From the NCBI GenBank assembly GCA_963718525.1, contig OY970355.1:2176001-2240000 (forward strand): 64,000 nucleotides of DNA. The letters run 5' to 3'. The translations under genes and the position numbers were made by a program. The notes beneath the pieces are model-generated. The model had not been told where the DNA came from. It searched no databases and saw only the letters and a program-made list of their open reading frames with translations. Below are positions 30,409 to 41,853 of this stretch, one piece after another. Source of the DNA: Candidatus Dormiibacterota bacterium. GTDB lineage: Bacteria > Chloroflexota > Dormibacteria > Aeolococcales > Aeolococcaceae. The first letter of the stretch is position 1. Every line of letters begins with the position of its first letter.

Positions 30409-30829
30409 TCAGCCGTTCGGGTTCAGCGACCTTATCCGTGGGACCTTTGACCGGTAGCTTGGGTGGCGGAAGGTGGCGGTTGAGTTTCGCCAGGCACGCG
30501 GCTCACAGGTACGAGAGGTTAGCGACGACGTGGCCAAAATGTCGATTCGGCGAAGATCAACCAAGCGCCCCTCGATGAAGCGGCGCGGCTTCGTAACGAG
30601 AACTGTGCTACGACTCGAACCGCTCACGTAGATCGAGCGTAAGCCGCCTTGCTGTCCCCGACACGGCAGTAGCGACGCGATCGGCTCCCCGCCAATGCCC
30701 CGATCGATCTGCCGAACCGGGGGCACGACTGAGGCATCTCGACCTTCGATGGTTGGCGTCTAATGCGGGACGTCTGAACCACGTGGGTGAACCGGCCGGC
30801 CCGCAGGCCGGCCGGTCCACATGAAGGGG

Positions 30830-31226
30830 TTAGCGAGACGCGACGGCCGCAGGCTCCTTCCAGGCCATCTCGAGCGCCGAAAGTTCCTCGCAACCAAGCA
30901 CCAGACGCGTGTCGGTCGCAAGGTAGGCGGTGGTGAGATTGATACCGGCATCGGCGAGGCGTCGCGTGACCTTTCCGAGCATGCCGGGCTGGTTGTCAAT
31001 GCGCTCAACAATCATGCGACTCGCGAGTGACCTTGTAGCCGACCTTGGCGATCGCGCGGCTGGTCGCGGCCTTGTCGGTGGTCAGCACGTGGAAGATGAC
31101 GCTCCCGTTCTGCTCGACGGCGCACAGGCCCTCGATGTTGATCTTCTCGCGGCCCAACTCCTCCGCGAGTGCCGCAAGACTGCCCTTGCTGTGCGGTACG
31201 ACGATGTTGAAGTCATATGCGTGTAT
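30830..31226 (-). pseudogene. ACT-domain pair protein, frameshift near 31015, ATA at start position
   Basis: H.KGSLA.LAE.LG..INI and NQPGMLGKVTRRLADAGINL in different frames; GGAGG RBS followed by ATA. Confidence 0.75.
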
Positions 31227-31681
31227 GACTGGCCTCCTGTGTCGGGCGCCGAGTGTCTCAGCTGGCCCGACCTCCACCGTGCGCGTGCTGTCATACGAAA
31301 CGCAACCGATGCGAACCGCGCACGGTGGTCGGGCGGCGCATACCGTTCTAAACCCTTGGCGCATGCTGCGATTCCGTTCAGACGGGGTGAGCGGATACGG
31401 CGGGAACTATCCGCTTACACTCGGATGCATCCCGATGCCGTACGAGCGCGCGCTCGTCGCGACGTTTGGCTGTTTTTGGTGCCATTGCGTGGCCGGGGCC
31501 GACTGATACCGCTCACATACACTCCCGCTCAGCGTAGCGACACTCACAGAGAGGGCTGACCTCATGCTCGCGGTCGCGCGATTCTTAACTGCCTCGTCTG
31601 CGGGAGACGCCTCTACTCTGGCGATGTCGTCCGCTCGGAGCCCGATCTCCAACGACGGAATGATCTGGCTGCTGACCGCGC

Positions 31682-31897
31682 TCAGGTGGAGGCTAGCGGC
31701 GTATGAGCGAGGTCGCGAGCATACAGATACTGTCCGCACGCCAGACACTTCTTGACGGGATGCTCCGGCCGCTTGGACACCTCCGGCTGATCGTCATCAT
31801 TTGGATGCGCGTCATCCAGATTAGCTGTATCAAAGCTCAGCGACAGAAGACGGTCAGAGCCACAGCGGGCACACAATTGAGACAAGGCTTCTCCCAT
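31682..31897 (-). CDS. Small putative zinc-ribbon protein
   Basis: CARC...CLAC pairs. Confidence 0.4.
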   Translation of the reverse strand: MGEALSQLCARCGSDRLLSLSFDTANLDDAHPNDDDQPEVSKRPEHPVKKCLACGQYLYARDLAHTPLAST

Positions 31898-32046
31898 CGT
31901 GCCGCGCGCTCATCCCTTCGTCTGTCCGCTAGCGCGCCTTCCGGCGCTAGACGCATAGCTCGGTGTCCCGATGAGGGGCAGCAGATTTCTTCGCGTCTCT
32001 ACGGTGCGGCGGCCCGCGCAAGATCGACGGCCCTGAGAAACTCCCC

Positions 32047-32769
32047 TCACCTCATGGTGTTGTTGCGTTGTGCCCTCCGGATAACTCCGTCCAACTGGGC
32101 GGTGATAGCTCGGTAGCACTCACACGTGGCTGCCTCGAGCCCGACGCGATCAACGATGGTGACTCGACCGCGGGAGTACCCGATGAGGCCCGCGGCTCGA
32201 AGGCGCTCTGCGGACAGGGTGACCGTGGCTCGACGCGAGCCGAGTATCTGGCCGAGGAGCTCGTGGGTGATGGCGAACTCGTCAGTGCCGACGCGGTCGT
32301 GGCTCATCAGCAGCCAGCGGCTCAGGCGCTCTTCGTTCGAGTGGAGTCGATTGCACGCCGCCGCCTGGGCGATCTCGCCGAAGAAAGCCAGAACATAATC
32401 GTTGACGAGTTCCTGCAGACGGGGGTCGGCTTCGACCTCGTTGAGGAAGGTCGATGCGTCCATGCGGTCAATCCATCCTCCCACCGAGGAGATGGCCCGA
32501 AATGCGAGTGAGCCCCCCGGGCGGATGGGCAGGCCGACGATGCCTTCGTTGCCAATCGAGGCCACCTCCACGCTCGTGCCTTCTTGGAACGGCGTGACCA
32601 AGGAAACCACGCAATTGCGGGGGAAGTCGACGAAGGCAATTGGCTCACCCGGCTCGAACAGTATCGTGCCGGAATCCAGGCACACCGGACTCAGCGATCG
32701 TCGGAGCCGCCGACTGCCGTCCATTGGAAGCGCATCAAGAAGCCGGTTTGCCCCGGCGTTGACGCTCAT
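32047..32769 (-). CDS. Crp/Fnr-family regulator
   Basis: cNMP domain (EVASIGNEGIVG), ACNRLH..ERLSRWLL, THE.LG..LGSRRATVT HTH. Confidence 0.92.
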   Translation of the reverse strand: MSVNAGANRLLDALPMDGSRRLRRSLSPVCLDSGTILFEPGEPIAFVDFPRNCVVSLVTPFQEGTSVEVASIGNEGIVGLPIRPGGSLAFRAISSVGGWIDRMDASTFLNEVEADPRLQELVNDYVLAFFGEIAQAAACNRLHSNEERLSRWLLMSHDRVGTDEFAITHELLGQILGSRRATVTLSAERLRAAGLIGYSRGRVTIVDRVGLEAATCECYRAITAQLDGVIRRAQRNNTMR

Positions 32770-33105
32770 GCCGCGGTCCACTTGGGTTGCCTCTTGCGTG
32801 TTGCACACGCGCTGGTAGGGCGGCGGCTCTCTCAATTGGATCGTCACCCGTCGGCCGCGGCGGCCTAGCCTTCAAACTGATCCTACGCGGCGCATTGCCC
32901 TCTCGGGTTCATCATGGGGCACGTGGTCAGCCTGAGCGGACCATGAAAGCGCACGGTCGGTCACCTAGCGTGCAATTCACACACCAAATCCGATCGCAGG
33001 TGCTCGCGACCCTCGCAGCAAGGGACTGTCGCCGACTTCCCGCTGTCTCTCAGCGGCAACGCAGAACAGGCATGGAGGCCTCGGAGAGTGAACGCGCGAG
33101 CGGCA

Positions 33106-34188
<1,083 letters not shown>

Positions 34189-34239
34189 CTGACAACGCGC
34201 TGCGCAGTGTTGCGGGGAAGCAGTAGGATCCTCGCTTCG

Positions 34240-34539
34240 CTACGGGGAAATCAGCGTCTTTGGTTTCAGCAGCGCATCGTCTGTCCCCAGCGCCGCGCGT
34301 TCATCCGTGATGCGCTGTCGCGTGTCCTCCTCGTCGATGGGGCGTGCCGCAGCCTTGCGGGGGCGACCGGGAGGACGGCGTCCGCGCACGAAACTTTCGA
34401 GGTCCTCTGGGTAAACGCCCCAGACCGGTCCCACCTTGATGCCAAAGAGTCGCTGGCTGGCAAGCAACCTGCGCACGTACGCTGGCGATGCGTGGAGTTG
34501 GGCTGCGGCCTGGACAACAGAAAGGGGATGGGATCCTAT
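34240..34539 (-). CDS. Excisionase-like HTH protein (HTH_17/MerR-type) with AT-hook-like tail; start codon uncertain
   Basis: Frame stays open upstream of the called ORF: LSVVQAAAQLHASPAYVRRLLASQRLFGIKVGPVWGVYPEDLESF, then RRPPGRPRK; only ATA/ATC at the expected start. Confidence 0.7.
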   Translation of the reverse strand: MGSHPLSVVQAAAQLHASPAYVRRLLASQRLFGIKVGPVWGVYPEDLESFVRGRRPPGRPRKAAARPIDEEDTRQRITDERAALGTDDALLKPKTLISP

Positions 34540-34729
34540 GATGGCCTCATGATACTAGCACGGCGGCGCAACAATTTATCGTGCGACCTGCTATGTTGGG
34601 ATGGTCCCAGGACCGAGGCGAGAGCCGTCAAGGCGCCGGTCGGGGCGACCTTTCTCAGGGGTTGTCAGCCAGTTCCTCCACGTTTCTTCTTGGCCCTCCA
34701 AACGCGCACTCCGTTGGAGGAGCACCCAC

Positions 34730-36226
34730 ATGGCTGTTGCGACCCGCCCCACCGAGAAAACTCGGTTTTTCAATGCCTCGCCCCGCGACCTGCTCATCAA
34801 TGGCAAATTCGAGCAGGCCGAGAGCGGTAGGACCTTCGACACGCTCAACCCGGCCACCGACACAGTGCTCGCGAGCATCGCCGAGGGCGACGCACACGAC
34901 ATCGATCGCGCGGTGCGAGCGGCTCGCCGGGCATTCGAGAACGGCCCCTGGAGCCGCATGACCCCATCCGAACGCGGTCAGATCATGCACCGGATCGGCG
35001 ACCTGATCATGGAACACGCAGACGAACTCGCAGAGCTTGATTGCCTGGACAACGGCAAAGCCCTCAGCGTGGCCCGCGCGGCTGATGTTCCGCTCGCCGC
35101 CGACCTGTTCTGGTACATGGCAGGCTGGGCCACAAAGCTCAACGGTGGCACCATCAACCCGTCGGTGCCCTACCTCCCCGGCGCCGAATTTCACGCGTAC
35201 ACGCTGCGCGAGCCGGTCGGTGTGGTCGGCCAGATCATCCCCTGGAACTTTCCGCTGCTGATGGCCGCCTGGAAGCTGGGTCCGGCATTGGCCACGGGTT
35301 GCACGGTGGTCCTCAAGCCTGCCGAACAGACGCCGCTCTCGGCTCTGCGGTTGGGTGAACTGATGCTCGAGGCCGGTCTCCCCGACGGAGTGGTCAACGT
35401 CGTCACCGGATTTGGTGAGACAGCTGGCGCCGCACTCGCCGCGCATCCGGGCGTCGATAAGATCGCCTTCACCGGCTCCACCGACGTCGGCAAACTCATC
35501 GCAACGGCTGCAACCGGCAATCTGAAGAAGGTCTCGCTGGAACTCGGCGGCAAGTCGCCGAACATCGTCTTTTCCGACGCCGACATCGACGCGGCCATCG
35601 CCGGCGCGGCACAGGGGATCTTCTTCAACCAGGGCGAGGTGTGCTGCGCCGGGAGCCGTCTGTTCGTGCAGCAGGACCGCTTCGATGAAGTGGTCGAGGG
35701 TGTCGCCAAGGCGGCCAGGAAGATCAACGTCGGACCCGGCATGGATCCAGACACGCAGATGGGCCCGCTCGTCTCTCGCGAGCAGTTCGACCGGGTGACC
35801 GGATACCTCGCCAAGGGTGAGCAGGCGGGCAACCGCGCGCTGGCCGGCGGCCACGCACTCGACCGGCCGGGCTACTTCGTGGAGCCGACCGTGTTGGTGG
35901 ACGTCGAACCCAACGACGTCGTGCTGCGCGAAGAGATCTTTGGACCGGTGATCGTCGCGTTGCCGTTCAGTGACGTCAACGACCTTGCCAGTCAAGCAAA
36001 CGACACCGTCTACGGACTGGCCGCAGGCGTGTGGACTCAGGACATCTCAAAGGCTCATAAGCTGGCCAAGCGCATCAAGGCGGGCACGGTATGGGTCAAT
36101 ACCTACAACGTGTTCAGCGCGGAGCTGCCCTTTGGCGGCTTCAAGCAAAGCGGCTGGGGCCGCGAGATGGGCGAGGAAGTCCTCTCCAGCTACCTCGAGA
36201 CCAAGTCGGTGATCGTCCAACTCTAG
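34730..36226 (+). CDS. Aldehyde dehydrogenase
   Basis: IPWNFP, FTGST, LELGGKSP, NQGEVCCAG, EEIFGP; GGAGG RBS before ATG 34730. Confidence 0.96.
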   Translation: MAVATRPTEKTRFFNASPRDLLINGKFEQAESGRTFDTLNPATDTVLASIAEGDAHDIDRAVRAARRAFENGPWSRMTPSERGQIMHRIGDLIMEHADELAELDCLDNGKALSVARAADVPLAADLFWYMAGWATKLNGGTINPSVPYLPGAEFHAYTLREPVGVVGQIIPWNFPLLMAAWKLGPALATGCTVVLKPAEQTPLSALRLGELMLEAGLPDGVVNVVTGFGETAGAALAAHPGVDKIAFTGSTDVGKLIATAATGNLKKVSLELGGKSPNIVFSDADIDAAIAGAAQGIFFNQGEVCCAGSRLFVQQDRFDEVVEGVAKAARKINVGPGMDPDTQMGPLVSREQFDRVTGYLAKGEQAGNRALAGGHALDRPGYFVEPTVLVDVEPNDVVLREEIFGPVIVALPFSDVNDLASQANDTVYGLAAGVWTQDISKAHKLAKRIKAGTVWVNTYNVFSAELPFGGFKQSGWGREMGEEVLSSYLETKSVIVQL

Positions 36227-36846
36227 TCTGGTTTCTCTGCGGGAGTCGCCGCCGTCGACCCGGCGGCGGCGACTTACTCGCAAATCAGCCTTTCGACGCC
36301 AGGAAGTGCACCGGCTCAGCAAGGAATAGCCGGCAAGTCGACCAAGGACAAGAAGGATCAAGAAGATGCGCAAACAGACGCAGTTCGCGCGGCAACGATT
36401 CCTGCAGCAGCAGGCAGCTCAGTTTCTCAACGAGTCGGAGTTGCCCTTCACGGTACCGCTGTGCCTCCCGATCGTTGACTCGGACCCGTTTGTCGCGCGG
36501 ACGGCCGCCTGTGATCCCGTAACAACCCCTCCCAAAGTTTGATCGTCCTACAGCAGCAAACGGGTGGGTCCGCGCTGTGCGTGGTATCGGGGTTCGAGGA
36601 GGAGCACCGCGGCGCACGCGAGCGTCCTATCGCATGACAGCGCGCGTCAGCAGCAGACGCCGCCCATGGTCGCCAGGATCCCCATATCCGAGACAGCAGC
36701 GGGGAGAGCAGCACAGCGTTACGACGCTTCGGCCTGCATGTCCACGCGATTTCAAAGGAATCCATCACGCCTGCTCTAGTCGTCATTCCAACCGTTTCCC
36801 GACGAAAGCACTCTAAATCGAACTCAGCACGCGGCGGAAATAAGTG

Positions 36847-36893
36847 CTGGTCTGGGGGACCAGGGGTCGCAGGTTCGAGTCCTGTCTCCCCGA
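36847..36893 (+). repeat. tRNA-Pro 3'-half copy, att site R6
   Basis: Identical to 1156-1202; followed by TTCGCAGCACATTGCA. Confidence 0.97.
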
Positions 36894-37502
36894 TTCGCAG
36901 CACATTGCAGAGCAGGGCAGCCGTTTCCAACGGATTCCAATGGATTCCAGCTTGCAGGATTCATTCAGCGGGGACTAGTGCTCACTCTCTGATTGATGTT
37001 CTTTCCTGCAAAACCACTGTGTTCGGCCCCTTAGATACGGTCCAAAGGAAATGTCGTAACCGCTGACAATGTCAAAAGCGATGGAGGTGATTGATGCCGG
37101 GCAGCACCATTACACCGCCGGCGCCGCCGCCGTCGCCGTTCAGCTCCCGGGCTATCCACTAACCGAAGACATCGGCACCGCCACCGGGCCGACCACTGGT
37201 CACGCCGTCGGGGGAGTCGGCAACCCCCACCTCGTCTGGCTGCTCGCCGGCCCACTCTGTCTCCTGGCCGGCCTGGGCAGCGCTCGGGCAAGCAGGCCTC
37301 CCAAATCTAGCCGCGGGTGCCGAGGACTTCCGTGACACCAAGCTGCTGGACGAACAGCAGGCTGTCGGCGTTGGCCCAGTACTCGGCCAGCATCCCGTCG
37401 ACCACGCGGAGCGTGTCGGTGCCGGTGAAGCCCAATTATCGGGATGCGGACCTCTTCACCAGAAACCACTAGTCCAGCTGCGCAAGTCCGTCATGGCGCG
37501 GT

Positions 37503-38390
37503 TCAGGCGGCGTCAACCGTGTTGAAAAAGTCGAGAAGAGCCTTGGCCAACTGCTCGGGCGCCTCCAGTGCTGCGTAGTGGCCGACGCCTTCGAGGCTGA
37601 TTGATCGAACCGGGTCGGCGGCGACCTGCATCATAGTCGCGAAGGTGAACTCGCCACCTCCGGCCCCGATCGCCAGTACGGGCATGCTCAGCTTGCCGGC
37701 GGCGACAACGGACACGATGTCTTCACCTTCTTGGAGCATGGACTGATAGAGGCCGATCGCGCCGCGCCAGCCCCCGGGACGGGAGTAGGTGCGGACAAAC
37801 TCGTCGATGTCGGCTTTGGTGATCGCATCGGGAGTGGCGCTCATGGCCGGGAACGCGAACTGCCCGAGGAACTCGCGCTCGCGTCCGATAAGCAGCATCT
37901 CGGGGATGTTCGGAGCCGCGAGGACGCCGATGTGCCAGCTTCCCCCGTGGGTAATGTCAGCCAGCATCTCGAGGCCGAAGCCCGGCAGCCCCATCTCGAT
38001 CGCGCTGAAACTGAGCACGTCGTCGGGGTGAGTGGCGGCGAGGCGAAGGACGGTCGCCCCACTGATGTCCTGGCCTGTGAGGTGAAGGGGACCAAGGTTG
38101 AGCGATTCGATGAGCAGATGCAGGTCTTCGGTGGAGGCCTTGCTGTCGTAGGTACCTGCCCTATGGTCGGAATCACCGAAGCCGCGGAGATCCACCGCGA
38201 ATACCCGGTGGCTGCTAGCGAGCAGGGGGATGAGCTTGCGGAAGGTCCACCACGTTTCGGGGAAACCATGCACCAGCAGGACCGGAGACCCCTCGCTTCC
38301 CGCTGCCGCGTAGTGCAGCATGGTTCCGTTGACTTTGGCGTAGTGGTGCGTGACCCCAGGCAGGGAAGCGTGCTGTGCTTGAGCGGTCAT
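37503..38390 (-). CDS. Alpha/beta hydrolase (epoxide hydrolase-like)
   Basis: HGFPE, DLRGFGDS, GQDISG, GH..EAPE. Confidence 0.9.
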   Translation of the reverse strand: MTAQAQHASLPGVTHHYAKVNGTMLHYAAAGSEGSPVLLVHGFPETWWTFRKLIPLLASSHRVFAVDLRGFGDSDHRAGTYDSKASTEDLHLLIESLNLGPLHLTGQDISGATVLRLAATHPDDVLSFSAIEMGLPGFGLEMLADITHGGSWHIGVLAAPNIPEMLLIGREREFLGQFAFPAMSATPDAITKADIDEFVRTYSRPGGWRGAIGLYQSMLQEGEDIVSVVAAGKLSMPVLAIGAGGGEFTFATMMQVAADPVRSISLEGVGHYAALEAPEQLAKALLDFFNTVDAA

Positions 38391-38420
38391 CTCAGACTCC
38401 TTGTGACAGCCGACCTAATG

Positions 38421-38457
38421 GTCAACCTGGTTGTCCATACTAGACAACCAGGTTGAC
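38421..38457. promoter_or_regulatory. Paired MarR operators
   Basis: GTCAACCTGGTTGTC and its exact inverse GACAACCAGGTTGAC. Confidence 0.72.
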
Positions 38458-38489
38458 GTTGTCAAGGCGCGTGCGGTAGTCTCCGCTGC

Positions 38490-38990
38490 ATGTCACGCTC
38501 GGGCGCCGATCTCGCACTGCTCCTGCTTGGAGGCTTCCGCGTCCTGGTGGGCGACGCGATGGTGGAGCTTGCCCACCGCGGCTATGAAGACGTCCGGCCC
38601 ACCCACGATTTCGCGATGCGGGCAATCGCCGCGGGTGCCGACAACGCATCGGAACTGGCCCGCCGTCTATCGGTCTCCAAGCAAGCAGCGGCAAAAACCG
38701 TCGCGGTGCTCCGAGAGCGCGGGTACGTGGCACGAGAGGCCGATCCGCTCGACGCACGCCGAAAACGTCTGCACGTCACGGCCCTCGGTTTCGAGGTTCT
38801 GCGAGAAGGCGAAGCCATCTTCGACGAGCTCCGCGACAAATGGAAGCTGCAGATCGGCTCCGACGAGCTCGAGCGTCTTGAATTCCGACTCGCTGCGCTG
38901 GTGGGTGCTTCGCGGATACGTGTCGAGACGCCAGGCTGGATTCCCGATGACCTCGACCAGCCGACATCCGCGTCGCCGCCAAGGATCTGA
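38490..38990 (+). CDS. MarR-family regulator
   Basis: ASELARRLSVSKQAA, DPLDARRK..TALG. Confidence 0.9.
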   Translation: MSRSGADLALLLLGGFRVLVGDAMVELAHRGYEDVRPTHDFAMRAIAAGADNASELARRLSVSKQAAAKTVAVLRERGYVAREADPLDARRKRLHVTALGFEVLREGEAIFDELRDKWKLQIGSDELERLEFRLAALVGASRIRVETPGWIPDDLDQPTSASPPRI

Positions 38991-39161
38991 AGATGCCGAG
39001 TTTCAGGCGGAGTACGCGGACGCTCCGCATCCCTTCGGAGGTTGAACGGCCGGGGCTGATCGCGCAAGCCACGGCTGGCTCGCCGGGATGGAGCGGGGCG
39101 AGGATGGCATCTCGGCGGCGATGCTGCGGCTGGTCCCTCGAGTGGTATCCATGGACGCTGC

Positions 39162-40043
39162 TCAGACGAAGTAGTGGCCCCGTTCGATGTCCTCGATGAG
39201 GCCGGGGTGGGTGGGCTTCCAGCCCATGAGTTCCTGCGTGATGGTGCTCGAGGCGGGCATGTCGGCGCTGAGCAGGCGCACCAGCAAACCCCCGTACTCC
39301 GCTGCCGGCAGAGACCGGGCCGGCAGGTTCAAGTGCCGGCCGATTACCTCGGCAATCTCGCGGACGGGCACGCCTTCGTCACCGACGGCGTTGAGCACTG
39401 AGCCGGCAGGCGCCCTCTCGACAGCCAGCCGATACAGGTTGGCAGCGTCCTTCACGTGGACGGCGGGCCAACGGTTGCTCCCATCGCCGATGTAGCCGGA
39501 GACGCCCTTCGTCCGGGCCATGGCGATGAGCTGGGGGATGAATCCGTGACGCTCCCCCTCACCGTGCACCGAGCGGGGCAGCATGACGAGGCAGGAGCGA
39601 ACGCCTTTGCCTGCGGCAGCGAGGGCGGCCTGCATGTTGGTGACGCGGGCGGCGATTGGCCCGGCGGCGATGAGTTCGTCGCGTTCCGTTGCGGCTCGGC
39701 CGGGTGTCGCCAGCGTTGCGCCAGAGATCACCAGCGGCTTGCCGGAGCCGGCGAGGCCGCCGATAAACGTCTCGATGGCCGCAGCGTCGGCCCGCGTCGC
39801 AGCCTCGCTCACGCTAGGCACGACGAAGGCGAGGTGGATGACGCCGTCGCTCTCGAGGGTGCCGGCGCGAAGCACCTCGGTGTCGCTCAGGTCGCCGCGT
39901 AGCACCTCTGCACCCAACTCGGCGACGGCGGTGCCGGAGGCGTCCGAGCGCGCGAGTCCGAGGACTTGGTGGCCGGCACTGATGAGTTCGGGGACGACGG
40001 CTGAGCCGATCCAGCCGGAGGCCCCGGTGACGAAGATTCGCAT
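39162..40043 (-). CDS. NAD-dependent epimerase/dehydratase (extended SDR)
   Basis: MRIFVTGASGWIG, VIHLA, VHVKDAA. Confidence 0.92.
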   Translation of the reverse strand: MRIFVTGASGWIGSAVVPELISAGHQVLGLARSDASGTAVAELGAEVLRGDLSDTEVLRAGTLESDGVIHLAFVVPSVSEAATRADAAAIETFIGGLAGSGKPLVISGATLATPGRAATERDELIAAGPIAARVTNMQAALAAAGKGVRSCLVMLPRSVHGEGERHGFIPQLIAMARTKGVSGYIGDGSNRWPAVHVKDAANLYRLAVERAPAGSVLNAVGDEGVPVREIAEVIGRHLNLPARSLPAAEYGGLLVRLLSADMPASSTITQELMGWKPTHPGLIEDIERGHYFV

Positions 40044-40106
40044 GAATACTCTCCTCGGTCGTACTTGGGCGGTGAGGATGCTCAGCGCAGACGCCGCGGC
40101 CACGAC

Positions 40107-40159
40107 TGATGCGATCCGGTCGCATCAGGCTACCACACTGATGCGACAACGTCGCGTCA
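40107..40159. promoter_or_regulatory. Paired TetR operators
   Basis: TGATGCGA-N5-TCGCRTCA twice between divergent genes. Confidence 0.72.
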
Positions 40160-40173
40160 CCTATGCTGTGCTG

Positions 40174-40788
40174 GTGAGTAGATGGGCGCCGGACGCGCGT
40201 GAGCATCTGGAGGCCGCCGCCCTGGACCTGTTCGTGGAGAACGGGTACGAGGAAACGACCGTCGCGCAGATCGCGGATCGCGCCGGCTTGAACCGCGCCA
40301 CGTTTTTCCGGCACTTCGCCGACAAGCGGGAGGTCCTGTTCGGCGGTGAAGACGTCCTGGCCGAGCTGTTCGCCGAGGGCATCAGGGCTGCCGCGACGGA
40401 TGCCACGCTCATCGAGTGCCTCCAGGCGGCGTTAGCGGCCGCCAGCGTCGCGATGACCCCGCAACAGCGCGCTCGGGCCGCCCAGCGCGTGCTGGTCGTT
40501 GCGGCGAACAGCGAGGTGCAGGAGCGGGGACTGCTCAAGCACGCCCGAATCGCCAAATCGATCAGCACCGCGCTGCGCGACCGGGGCGCAGACGAGCTGA
40601 CAGCCAGCCTGGCGGCGGAAGTGGGGATGCTCGCGTTCTCAATCGCGGTTGAGCGCTGGATGAAGGCGGACCATGACGTACCGTTCGCGGTTCACACGGC
40701 AGCGGCGTTGAGCGACCTACGGGTGCGTGCGGCTGAGATTGGCTCCCCGTCTCGCCGCGCGGCCCTACGCGGGCGTAGCCAAACATAG
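40174..40788 (+). CDS. TetR-family regulator
   Basis: SRWAPDAR..GYEETTVAQIADRAGL..TFFRHF; GTG 40174. Confidence 0.9.
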   Translation: MSRWAPDAREHLEAAALDLFVENGYEETTVAQIADRAGLNRATFFRHFADKREVLFGGEDVLAELFAEGIRAAATDATLIECLQAALAAASVAMTPQQRARAAQRVLVVAANSEVQERGLLKHARIAKSISTALRDRGADELTASLAAEVGMLAFSIAVERWMKADHDVPFAVHTAAALSDLRVRAAEIGSPSRRAALRGRSQT

Positions 40789-41094
40789 GAGACCAACTCA
40801 CTCTTGCTTCCGGTCAAGAGGGACCAGTTCGCTAACCGGAACAGGGGCAGCGGAACCCCGGGCGCCCAATTACTTCAGGCGTCTCCCGACGGGCTGTCTT
40901 AACGCCAGCCGTCCTTCACGGGCAATGTGCCCCTCACTGGAGACCGGCCTCGTTTTTGAAAACCGGCCACCGGAGCGAGACCTGAACGAGACTGGGGTGT
41001 CCTGACTTTGGTGGAGTGGGGCGCGTAACCCGTTCTGCCGCTCTGTCGGGTAAGACTTCGTGTTATCGTCCTGTTCATGCGCACGACCGGGACA

Positions 41095-41789
41095 GTGACA
41101 GCGTGGCACGACTGGCTGAGCGCGCAGCGCGACTTCGGGGTAGGGCGGAGGATGCGGTGACGACGTTACGCCGCGCTTCTCTGCTGCATGACCTTGGGCG
41201 GGCTGCCGTGCCCACCGGGATATGGGAGCGTCCCGGCCGCCTGAGCAGCGCCGAGTGGGAACGCGTACGGCTGCACGCCTACCAGACCGAGCGGATCCTT
41301 GCGCGGTCATCGGCGCTGACGGAAGCCGGGCGCATCGCCGGCATGCATCACGAGCGGATCGACGGCAGCGGGTACCATCGTGGCTCGCGCGCCGCGGAGC
41401 AGGACATCGACTGCCGGCTGCTGGCCGCGGCCGATGCTTACAGCGCGCTCACGGAGTCGCGTCCATACCGGCCCGCATTCAGCCCTGACGCCGCTGCTCA
41501 CACACTGCGCGAGATGGCGCTCGACCCCGAAAACGTCGAGTGCGTGCTGGAGGCGGCAGGCCAGACGCGACGGCGGATACGGTCACGACCCGCCGGGCTG
41601 ACCGAGCGTGAGGTCGCCGTGCTCCGACTCATCGTGCGTGGAATGTCGATGGGCGAGGTTGCCACGGCGCTGCACATCTCGACATCGACCGTGCACACAC
41701 ACCTGGCGCATGTGTACGAGAAGGCGGGAATCTCCACGCGAGCAGCGGCGGCGTTGTTCGCGATGGAAAACGACCTGCTCGATCCCTAG
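41095..41789 (+). pseudogene. 5'-truncated HD-GYP + LuxR HTH regulator
   Basis: LLHDLG, HHERIDGSGY, AAD, RPYR, then GLTEREVAVL..HVYEK; the 5' end is replaced by a copy of the antitoxin leader. Confidence 0.8.
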
Positions 41790-41853
41790 CAGTTTTCAGA
41801 AATCGACAGAACTGTCGATGGACGAAGGGGCCGGCCGCCGATACGGTCCGGCC

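Noticed and set aside
34655-35995. Long antisense and alternative-frame ORFs (also 54159-55349, 47031-48074, 7434-8255)
   Set aside because: Shadows of real genes, as expected at high GC.
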